Source of the DNA: an uncultured Pelagibacteraceae bacterium
GTDB taxonomy: Bacteria > Pseudomonadota > Alphaproteobacteria > Pelagibacterales > AG-422-B15
Reading direction: 5' to 3'
Length of the DNA stretch: 64,000 bases
NCBI GenBank assembly: GCA_902519835.1
Contig: CABYLU010000003.1
Span: 24,916 to 88,915, forward strand
A program made the position numbers and the translations under genes. Below are positions 1 to 7,941 of this stretch, piece by piece. Numbering within the stretch: the first letter of the stretch is position 1; each line of letters opens with the position of its first letter. The notes under the pieces were generated by a model. That model was not told the DNA's origin and ran no database searches. It saw only the letters and a program-made list of their open reading frames with translations.

Positions 1-795
1 AATATTATTTTTATTATTAATTTTTTTTAATTTATAAAAATTCCATATTTCACTATTTAAACCAGTGCTATATTTTCCATTAGTAACAATCAAATTTATT
101 TTTCTATTTGCTGTTATCTCTTCAAGCAAGTTTATTATGAAATTCTTTGATACATTTATATCACTCCATTTTTCATCTATATGAAATAATACTGTACTTT
201 GTTTTTTAATTTTTAATGGTATAAATATCTTTTTAATTTTACTTTTAAATTTATTAACCGAATTGGGCTTTATATATACTAATTTAGTTTTTTTAATATT
301 AAGAGCTTTATTAAAAAGTTCTCTATAATGAGTACCCATTTTGGTCTTAATATCAACTCCCTGAATATTTATTGAATTTATTATTTCTGTAGATTTGAAA
401 ATCTTATTTGAGAGGAATAGGGGGTATTTGTATATTGTTTTATTTGACATCTTTCTAATCTTAGTTGGATTGATTGCGTGAATATTTTTTGACTTACAAA
501 AAAGAGAGATTGTTAAGTTTTTCCAGTCAGATTTAAGTATAAATATATGTTCGAAGGATATTTTTCTTAAAATTGAAATAAATTTCAATGTTTGACTTAA
601 ACTATTAATATCATCTAAGTTATAAAGACGATCAATATGGCCATCTTTTTTAAGTATTTTAGCGTATTCTCTATTTCTGTCTGAGCAAATTAAGGTTATA
701 TGTGCTTTTTTGTCTATCATACGTAATTGACTAATGCCACATGTAGACACTATCAAATCACCTATACCGTCGTTTCTTAATACTAAATAATTCAT
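1..795 (-). CDS. Glycosyltransferase family 9 (LPS heptosyltransferase-like); C-terminus lies beyond the window edge
   Basis: Absent from the supplied ORF track because it runs off the window. My manual minus-strand translation from the ATG at 795-793 is stop-free for 265 codons down to nt 1: MNYLVLRNDGIGDLIVSTCGISQLRMIDKKAHITLICSDRNREYAKILKKDGHIDRLY... The N-terminal LVLRxDGIGD-type motif and the later VLFHIDEKW block look GT9-like. Confidence 0.55.
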   Translation of the reverse strand, partial: MNYLVLRNDGIGDLIVSTCGISQLRMIDKKAHITLICSDRNREYAKILKKDGHIDRLYNLDDINSLSQTLKFISILRKISFEHIFILKSDWKNLTISLFCKSKNIHAINPTKIRKMSNKTIYKYPLFLSNKIFKSTEIINSINIQGVDIKTKMGTHYRELFNKALNIKKTKLVYIKPNSVNKFKSKIKKIFIPLKIKKQSTVLFHIDEKWSDINVSKNFIINLLEEITANRKINLIVTNGKYSTGLNSEIWNFYKLKKINNKNNI

Positions 796-1002
796 TATTT
801 TCAATTAGTTATATAATTTTAGTCAAGTATCACTTTATTTTAATGTATAAAATTATTTAATTAAAACAAAGCATTGAAATTAAACTAAATATTATATTTT
901 ACATAATATATATTATACGAATATAATTATATAGCTAATTCTTAATATTTATAAAAGCTCAAAATACTTCATTCTATTTTAAAATAACAAAGGAGTAAAT
1001 AT

Positions 1003-1458
1003 ATGGAAGAAGCAATGCAATTATATCAACTAGCTCAACCTGAAATAGCTACATTTACTATCTATCAAATGGGTAGAGCTGCCAATGCAATGGTATTTAT
1101 AGGTACAATACTTGCAATTTGGCTTTCACTAAGAATGGCAATACAGGTCCGAGACAGATCTGATATGAATGTGGCAACTAAAGTATTGTCGTCACTATTT
1201 GGAGTTCTAGTTGTTTATGGAACTTATATTGCATGGACTGTTAATCAGGGAATCATTACTGGAACTTATACAACATTGGAAAGAATTAAAGAAGTAATGC
1301 CAGATGGATATGAAATGTCTGCTGCCGCTGAGGGATTTCTTGAGTATTACTCAAATTTCAGTGAACCACAGGCCTATCCAGGTTTAGCAGGATCATTGTT
1401 CCTGCTTGTAGTTCTTATAATGATTTTAGGAACTATTTGGGGTCCAAAAAATAATTAA
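1003..1458 (+). CDS. Small integral membrane protein of unknown function (three hydrophobic spans)
   Basis: 151-aa ORF with AAGGAG 7 nt upstream of the ATG and a hairpin directly downstream. Three hydrophobic segments: ANAMVFIGTILAIWLSL, LSSLFGVLVVYGTYIAW, GSLFLLVVLIMILGTIW. I recognise no family. Confidence 0.6.
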   Translation: MEEAMQLYQLAQPEIATFTIYQMGRAANAMVFIGTILAIWLSLRMAIQVRDRSDMNVATKVLSSLFGVLVVYGTYIAWTVNQGIITGTYTTLERIKEVMPDGYEMSAAAEGFLEYYSNFSEPQAYPGLAGSLFLLVVLIMILGTIWGPKNN

Positions 1459-1466
1459 TAATTAAA

Positions 1467-1503
1467 TTATAAGCCCAATTTTTTTTAAAAGTTGGGCTTA
1501 TAA
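1467..1503. terminator. Hairpin between convergent genes (probable bidirectional terminator)
   Basis: Perfect 12-bp arms TTATAAGCCCAA (1467-1478) and TTGGGCTTATAA (1492-1503) around a T8A4G loop. It sits between the stop of 1003..1458 (+) and overlaps the stop of 1498..2553 (-). There is no clean U-tract on the + side, so strength is uncertain. Confidence 0.5.
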
Positions 1504-2553
1504 GAAGTATTGATTGATGGGCCAACTATATTCTGTAGATGGTTTTTTATTAATTGCTATATCTAAAAAATACTTAGTTACAATTTTCTCATTATAACTT
1601 TTATGACCCCTCTCCCATCCCTTCTTCGCAATTCTTTTTGCTTCATTTTTATTAGAAACATAGTAGTAAATCTTTTTTCCAAAATCGTTTAAATCGGCAG
1701 AATCAAAATAAACAACTTCATCATTTGAAAATAAGTCTTCTAATTGGGAATTTTTATCTACAAATATACAAGATCCATTTCCAAGATATTGCGATATTCT
1801 ATCTGAACTATAATATTTTAGGTGAGGCTTTCTACTTAGGTTTAAGCTAATTGGTGATTTACTAATTTCCCTTTCAAATTCAGCTCCCCAGACAGGTTGA
1901 ATATTGTTATAACCAAAAAAATTTGTTTTAATTTCAGGATATTCACTTTTTATAAAATCTAGAAAGACCTCTCTATCATAATCAGATTTTTTTGTTTTTA
2001 TCTTACCGGAACCGACTCCGTAACTTAACGCATAAAATATATCATGTTCAAAAGAATTATTTTCAAAAATCTTTAACTGCTCTATTGATGAGTCAAATAT
2101 ATTTGGGAAAAATGATATTGAGTTATTATCATTAAGGCATGACTTAATTGATTCATCGGCATTAGTAATGAAAAAAGCATCAATTAAATTAGTTCTTTTT
2201 GTAAATTTATTTTTTGTATCATCTAAATAATAATTATCTACGCTCCACTCAATTATTTTAATATCCTTTTTAATCGTTTTAAACTCTTGAAGTGTTCTAT
2301 TGTGAATTTTATCTGCGTGACCCAAAACAACAATGTCAGGATCATAATTTTTAAAAGTTGCTAATAATTCTTTATTGAGAGAATTATTATTGTTTAATTT
2401 ATTCAATCTATTCATTCTACTCATATCTCTATCACTGAATAAGCAGATATTGTGTCCATTTCTAATAAAACCATTATTAATTTTAAAACAATGATTCCAA
2501 AATAGACGTCCTTGCTGTTTTTGGACAAAATTTGAAATGTGTAGTATTTTCAT
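1498..2553 (-). CDS. CgeB-like / Glyco_trans_1_2-type glycosyltransferase
   Basis: The C-terminal block SDRISQYLGNGSCIFVDKNSQLEDLFSNDEVVYFDSADLNDFGKKIYYYVSNKNEAKRIAKKGWERGHKSYNEKIV resembles the CgeB/DUF3880-associated GT domain. The tracked start at 2568 is a TTG. I prefer the ATG at 2553 (MKILHISNF...). Confidence 0.55.
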   Translation of the reverse strand: MKILHISNFVQKQQGRLFWNHCFKINNGFIRNGHNICLFSDRDMSRMNRLNKLNNNNSLNKELLATFKNYDPDIVVLGHADKIHNRTLQEFKTIKKDIKIIEWSVDNYYLDDTKNKFTKRTNLIDAFFITNADESIKSCLNDNNSISFFPNIFDSSIEQLKIFENNSFEHDIFYALSYGVGSGKIKTKKSDYDREVFLDFIKSEYPEIKTNFFGYNNIQPVWGAEFEREISKSPISLNLSRKPHLKYYSSDRISQYLGNGSCIFVDKNSQLEDLFSNDEVVYFDSADLNDFGKKIYYYVSNKNEAKRIAKKGWERGHKSYNEKIVTKYFLDIAINKKPSTEYSWPINQYFL

Positions 2554-2558
2554 AGCTA

Positions 2559-3302
2559 ATGACGTCAATTAAAAAAATTTATTTGTGTTTATTTTTAGTT
2601 TTTTGCTCATCTTACACTTTAGCAGATACAATTGATCTAGAAAGGAAATTCAATATTTATGCCAAATTACCATTGGTTCCTAAAGTTTCAGTAATGGAAA
2701 TTGCTACATCTTTAAATATTAAAAATCAAAAATATTTCTATGATTTTAGTATTAGATCCAAAAACATTGTTGAATTCATTAATCAGGTTAATGGAAACGG
2801 TCAGGTAGACGGTGTAATTGATAACATATACAGACCCACTAACTACTTGTATAAGTATACTCGTAAAAAAAAGGAAAAATATGTTGAAATGAGCTACTCA
2901 AACAATGCAGTTGAAAAAATCATTAATTTACCAAAAGTTGATAAATCACAACTATCCATTGTTAGTGACGACATGTTAGTTGGAACAATTGATCCTTCTT
3001 CATTTTTCCTAAATTTACTTGATTATGACAAAACTGAAGAATGCAAAAATAAATTCAAAATATTTGATGGCAAACGAAGATATGACGTAGTTTTTACAAA
3101 TATTACAAAAAATAATAATTCAATTGAATGTGAAGCAAATCAAATCAGACTTGGTGGATATAAAAAGGATGAAAAGGTTTCAGATGTATTTGCTGCATCT
3201 GACTATATAAAAGTAATTTATTCTGAAAACAATAATAATGACTTCATCGGATATGAAGCAAAGAATGGGCCTATTAAAATTATTATTGAGGAGATTAAGT
3301 AA
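2559..3302 (+). CDS. Secreted protein, DUF3108-like
   Basis: N-terminal signal peptide (MTSIKKIYLCLFLVFCSSYTLA). The size and Y/K-rich beta-type sequence are reminiscent of alphaproteobacterial DUF3108 proteins. Family assignment is from memory only. Confidence 0.45.
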   Translation: MTSIKKIYLCLFLVFCSSYTLADTIDLERKFNIYAKLPLVPKVSVMEIATSLNIKNQKYFYDFSIRSKNIVEFINQVNGNGQVDGVIDNIYRPTNYLYKYTRKKKEKYVEMSYSNNAVEKIINLPKVDKSQLSIVSDDMLVGTIDPSSFFLNLLDYDKTEECKNKFKIFDGKRRYDVVFTNITKNNNSIECEANQIRLGGYKKDEKVSDVFAASDYIKVIYSENNNNDFIGYEAKNGPIKIIIEEIK

Positions 3303-4296
3303 GTTTCCTTTCTATGCTGTCTTTAAGATTTTCAATCCCCTCCCCCGTTAGAGCACTTATAAATATTCTATTTTGAGTTTGCTTAAAGTTTGAATTACTT
3401 AAATCAATCTTATTATAAACATTTATCATTTTAGATATCTTATCTTCACTTACACCTGTTTCCTTCAAAATACGTTTTGTAGTTAATATTTTATCGTGAG
3501 CATTTATATCATTTACATCAATTACATTTATTATAAAATTTGCTGAATTAATCTCCTCTAATGTTGCGTGAAATGACTCTATTAACTGAGTGGGAATATT
3601 ATTTATGAATCCAACAGTATCAATTATACCAACTTGATGATCATTTAAATAAAACTTACTTATTTTTGTGTCTAACGTTTCAAATAATTTATTTTGGCTT
3701 GACTGTTTTTTCTTTGTTAGCTTATTAAATAATTTTGTCTTACCTGCATTTGTATAGCCAACAAGTGCGAATGTTTGAAAGTTACTATTTAGTCTAGATT
3801 TCCTTTGTATTTTTCTGCGAGCTTTAACTTTAACTAACCTTTTTTTTATTCTAACAATCTTAGACTGGATTAATCTTTTGTCTAATTCAATTTGAAGCTC
3901 ACCAGGTCCTCCAATAAATGTTGTTCCTCCTCTTTGTCTTTCAAGGTGTGTCCATGCTCTTACTAATCTAGATTTCCTATAAATCAATTCTGCTAGCTCT
4001 ACTTGTAATCTACTTTCTTTTGTTGAGGCTCTTTTGCTAAAAATTTCAATTATTATACCAGATCTATCAGTAACTTTGATATTAAGTAATTTCTCTAAGT
4101 TTCTTTGTTGAGATGGGGATAGATTATTATTAATAATTAATAAATCTATTTTATACTTAATTATCTTATCCTTTAACCTTAATAAGTTTCCTTTACCTAA
4201 AAAAGTCGAGGGATTCTTCTGTTTAATTTTTATTATTTCTTTAATTATTACTTCTATATTTAAATTTAAAACAAGACTTTGAATTTCATTATACAT
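3295..4296 (-). CDS. hflX: GTPase HflX
   Basis: G motifs GYTNAGKTKLFN, DTVGF and NKID. HflX N-domain blocks LSPSQQRNLE, VTDRSGIIIEIF, LQVELAEL and WTHLERQRGG. The first ATG is at 4296, but N-domain-like sequence continues upstream to ~4377 without an NTG start (see findings). Confidence 0.9.
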   Translation of the reverse strand: MYNEIQSLVLNLNIEVIIKEIIKIKQKNPSTFLGKGNLLRLKDKIIKYKIDLLIINNNLSPSQQRNLEKLLNIKVTDRSGIIIEIFSKRASTKESRLQVELAELIYRKSRLVRAWTHLERQRGGTTFIGGPGELQIELDKRLIQSKIVRIKKRLVKVKARRKIQRKSRLNSNFQTFALVGYTNAGKTKLFNKLTKKKQSSQNKLFETLDTKISKFYLNDHQVGIIDTVGFINNIPTQLIESFHATLEEINSANFIINVIDVNDINAHDKILTTKRILKETGVSEDKISKMINVYNKIDLSNSNFKQTQNRIFISALTGEGIENLKDSIERKLT

Positions 4297-4367
4297 TTCA
4301 AAAGTTTCATTATTAAATTCTCTTCCTATTTTAGGATGTACGATTAAACTTCTTGTTGTATTTTTTT

Positions 4368-5219
4368 TTATGATAATTTTACAGCCTCCATGTAAGCTTT
4401 GCTAAAAATACTGGCATACTTCCCTACTTTACCATTGCCTATTTTAAAATTATCAACACTTACCACTGGCATTACGTATTGAGTAGCGCTTGTTATGAAG
4501 GCCTCATCCGCTTCTTTAATTTCATCAATATTAAATTTTTTTTCTTTTAATCTTAATTTATTTTTTTTTAAACCTTTTATCAGTGATTGCCGTGTTATAC
4601 CGTTCAAAATAGAGTTTGATAATGGAGTTGTATATAAAATATTTTTCTTTAGTATCCATGCTGTACTTGAGCTTCCTTCTGTTACAAAACCATCTTCATC
4701 AATTAACCATGCTTCCTGACAATGATGATCATTAGCCTCTTGTTTAGCTAAAACTGGAGCTAATAAATTAATTGTTTTTATATCAACTCTTTTCCACCTT
4801 AAATCTTTTACTGTCTTTACATTAATTCCTCTTTTAAAAATATTGTCATAAGTGTCTAGAGAAATACCTTTAGCAATCATAACTAATGAAGGTCTTGCAT
4901 TTTTTGGAAATTTAAAATCTCTTTCAGCTACACCTCTTGTAATTTGTAAATAAATTAAGCCATCATCAATTCGATTGATTTTTATGAGTCGTTTAATATG
5001 GAAGTAGTATGACAATTTGTTAATTGGAGAGTTCATTCGTACTTCTTCTAAAGATCTAAATAGACGATTTATATGACCATCGTAATCAACAATTTTTTTA
5101 TTAATAATACCAAATACTTCATAAACACCGTCAGCAAATTGATATCCTCTATCTTCAATGTGAACATAAGAGTCTTTGTGTTCACAATAATTGCCATTTA
5201 CGTAAGAAATTCTGGACAC
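4368..5219 (-). CDS. dat: D-amino-acid (D-alanine) aminotransferase, fold-type IV
   Basis: The blocks EDRGYQFADGVYEV, DLRWKRVDIKTINLLAPVLAKQEA and VTEGSSST closely follow the Bacillus Dat pattern. 283 aa. Confidence 0.8.
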   Translation of the reverse strand: MSRISYVNGNYCEHKDSYVHIEDRGYQFADGVYEVFGIINKKIVDYDGHINRLFRSLEEVRMNSPINKLSYYFHIKRLIKINRIDDGLIYLQITRGVAERDFKFPKNARPSLVMIAKGISLDTYDNIFKRGINVKTVKDLRWKRVDIKTINLLAPVLAKQEANDHHCQEAWLIDEDGFVTEGSSSTAWILKKNILYTTPLSNSILNGITRQSLIKGLKKNKLRLKEKKFNIDEIKEADEAFITSATQYVMPVVSVDNFKIGNGKVGKYASIFSKAYMEAVKLS

Positions 5220-6610
5220 TAATAAGCCTCTCTTATTTTAAATAGATCTTCTGCATTTTTTAAATCTTCAGTCATACAGAAAAATAGTATTTCGTCATTT
5301 TCTTCAATAATAGTTTCTTTATTTGGAATAATTATTTGGTCCTTTTTTTTCATAAGTCCAATCCTCATTCCATTTGGTAAGTTTGATTCTTTGATTGATT
5401 TATTTAGCAATTTTGACGATTTAAGTGCCTGAGCATGAATCAGTTCTGCTTGATTATTGCCTATGGAATAAACTGATTCTATTCTTCCACGATGTACGTG
5501 TTTTAATATTTTTGAAACTGTAATTTTTCTTGGATCAATTACCTTACTTATTCCTAAAACATCTTTTAATTTATTATATTCTGAATTATTTACTAAAATT
5601 AGAGACTCGCAATTATTTTTTTTGCCGACAGCTGAAATAATTATGTTAGTTTCATCATCATTTGTTAAAGCCAGCATCATATCAGTGTCTCCGATATTAG
5701 CTTCATCTAATATATTTTGATCTAGGCCATCTCCATTTAAGACTAAAGTATTTCCAAGTTGATCAGCAATATACTTTGCTCTTTCATTATTGTTTTCAAT
5801 AATACATACTGAAATATCTGAGTGATGTATTTCTATATCTTTTGCCAGATTAAAACCTATATTTCCACCGCCAACAATAATAATTTTTTTTATTGGTTTT
5901 TCATTTAAGCCGAAGGCACTCATAGTTCTTTTAACATGATTTTTATCAGAAAGAATATAAACAAGATCTCCATTTAGAAGAGAGTCGCTTTTTTTTGGAA
6001 TAAACAAATTATCTCCACGATTTATTCCTAAAATAGAAGCCCGCAAATCTTTATCTTTATTTGAGTTTTCTTGGAATAATTCATGAATACTTTTCAAATT
6101 TGTATCAATAAGTGGGCAATTTTCATTTATCGGTAAGCTCAATAATTCAATTTCATCATTTAAAAATGGCACAACATCGTAGGCACCAGGTGCTTTTAAT
6201 TGTCTTTCAATAGATTTGGCAACTTCTAATTCTGGACTAATTATTAAATCAATTGGCATATTATCAGCGTTATAAAGATCTCTCCAAATAGGATTTAAGA
6301 AATCTTCAGATCTCAATCTGGCTATTTTTCTAGGAATTTTGAAAAAGGTATGTGCCATTTGACAGGCAACCATATTAATTTCATCATGCAAAGTAACAGC
6401 TATGATCATATCTGTTTCTTCAGCTCCAGCCTTTTTTAATATTGATGGATTTGACGCTGAGCCATTAATAGTTTTAAGATCAACTTTTTCTTTTATATCA
6501 TTTATAAGTTCCAAAGATTGATCAATTACAGTAACATCATTTTTTTGCGAAACTAAATGTTTCGCTATACTTGTACCGACTTTGCCCGCTCCACAAATTA
6601 TAACTTTCAT
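5219..6610 (-). CDS. trkA: Trk potassium uptake system NAD-binding protein TrkA
   Basis: Two Rossmann GxGxxG motifs (ICGAGKVG, IVGGGNIG), each followed by a TrkA-C-like segment. 463 aa. Sits in the conserved position next to ntrX. Confidence 0.9.
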   Translation of the reverse strand: MKVIICGAGKVGTSIAKHLVSQKNDVTVIDQSLELINDIKEKVDLKTINGSASNPSILKKAGAEETDMIIAVTLHDEINMVACQMAHTFFKIPRKIARLRSEDFLNPIWRDLYNADNMPIDLIISPELEVAKSIERQLKAPGAYDVVPFLNDEIELLSLPINENCPLIDTNLKSIHELFQENSNKDKDLRASILGINRGDNLFIPKKSDSLLNGDLVYILSDKNHVKRTMSAFGLNEKPIKKIIIVGGGNIGFNLAKDIEIHHSDISVCIIENNNERAKYIADQLGNTLVLNGDGLDQNILDEANIGDTDMMLALTNDDETNIIISAVGKKNNCESLILVNNSEYNKLKDVLGISKVIDPRKITVSKILKHVHRGRIESVYSIGNNQAELIHAQALKSSKLLNKSIKESNLPNGMRIGLMKKKDQIIIPNKETIIEENDEILFFCMTEDLKNAEDLFKIREAY

Positions 6611-7941
6611 TTTTTTAAGTCTTCTGTTAAACCGAGTTGTTTAAGCTTTCTGTGTAATGCGGATCTTTCCATACCAATAAATGAAGCTGTTTTAGATATA
6701 TTTCCATCAAACCGGTTTATTTGTGATTGGAGATAGTTTTTTTCAAATACTTTTCTAGCATTTTTAAGAGGCAAGGATATAACATTTTGGTTCGTTATTT
6801 CACTATCATGGGACGTGTCTACATCCTCTTCATATTTATCACCAAGTATAATGTGTCTTTCAATTATATTTCTTAATTCTCTTATATTACCAGGCCACTC
6901 ATAATTTATATACTTAGATTTTATTATTGGTATTAAATCAATATGTCTTTTAATATCCCCTGTAAATAATTTAGTAAAATATTTAATTAAATCGTCAATA
7001 TCATCTAATCGCTCGATCAATTTCGGCAATATAATACTAACCACATTTAAACGATGAAATAAATCTTTACGAAACGAACCTTCATCAATCAGTGTTTCAA
7101 GATTTTGTATTGAGGAGCATATAATTCTGCATTTAAGGTCGATAATTTTGCTTCCCCCCACTTTCGTGAACTGTTTATCAGTTAAGACTCTTAAAATTTT
7201 TGCCTGAGTCTGCAACGGCATTTCACCTACTTCATCAATAAATATAGTTCCATTTGAAGCTAATTCAAAGTAGCCTTGCTTGTCGACATCGTTTTCATTG
7301 TAACCAAAAAATTCTTTTTCTATATTTTCAGGCTCCATCAATGCAGCGTTTATTGCAATAAATGGACCATCATTAAAGTTTGAGTATTTGTGTATTTCAC
7401 GTGCCACAATATCTTTGCCTGTTCCAGAATCTCCATAGATCATTACCCTGCTAGTAGTTGGTGCAACCTTTTTGATTAAATTTCTAACTTTATTAATAGC
7501 TAAAGACTCTCCAATAAATTTATAATCGTAAATATTTTCATGTTTTAATCGTTCATTCTCAGATTTGATTTCATACAATTCTATAGACCTACTCACAGAT
7601 AACAAAAGCCGTTCAGTTGTAAAAGGTTTTTCAATAAACTCGTTAGCACCTTCTTTGATTGCCTTGACAGCCATTTCAATATTACCATGACCAGATATAA
7701 TAATAACCGGCGTTAAAGTCGTTTCCCTTAGTTTTTTTAATATCTCAATTCCATCTAGGTCAGAATTAGTTAACCAAACATCAAGTATTATTAAGCTATA
7801 ATTATTATCAGACAATTGTTGCAAGGCATCTTTAGAATTATGCGCGATTGATGTGTTATAATTTTCATCACTTAAAATTGCCTTTATATTATTGGCTATA
7901 TCGACTTCATCATCGATTATGAGTATTTTTTTCTTATTCAT
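6607..7941 (-). CDS. ntrX: Response regulator NtrX (REC + AAA+ + HTH)
   Basis: Receiver (ILIIDDEVD...IILDVWL), Walker A GDSGTGKD, Walker B IFIDEVGEM, and C-terminal HTH ISKTASFIGMERSALHRKLKQLG. There is no GAFTGA loop (FGYNENDVDKQGYFELA in its place), as is typical for NtrX. Confidence 0.85.
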   Translation of the reverse strand: MNKKKILIIDDEVDIANNIKAILSDENYNTSIAHNSKDALQQLSDNNYSLIILDVWLTNSDLDGIEILKKLRETTLTPVIIISGHGNIEMAVKAIKEGANEFIEKPFTTERLLLSVSRSIELYEIKSENERLKHENIYDYKFIGESLAINKVRNLIKKVAPTTSRVMIYGDSGTGKDIVAREIHKYSNFNDGPFIAINAALMEPENIEKEFFGYNENDVDKQGYFELASNGTIFIDEVGEMPLQTQAKILRVLTDKQFTKVGGSKIIDLKCRIICSSIQNLETLIDEGSFRKDLFHRLNVVSIILPKLIERLDDIDDLIKYFTKLFTGDIKRHIDLIPIIKSKYINYEWPGNIRELRNIIERHIILGDKYEEDVDTSHDSEITNQNVISLPLKNARKVFEKNYLQSQINRFDGNISKTASFIGMERSALHRKLKQLGLTEDLKK

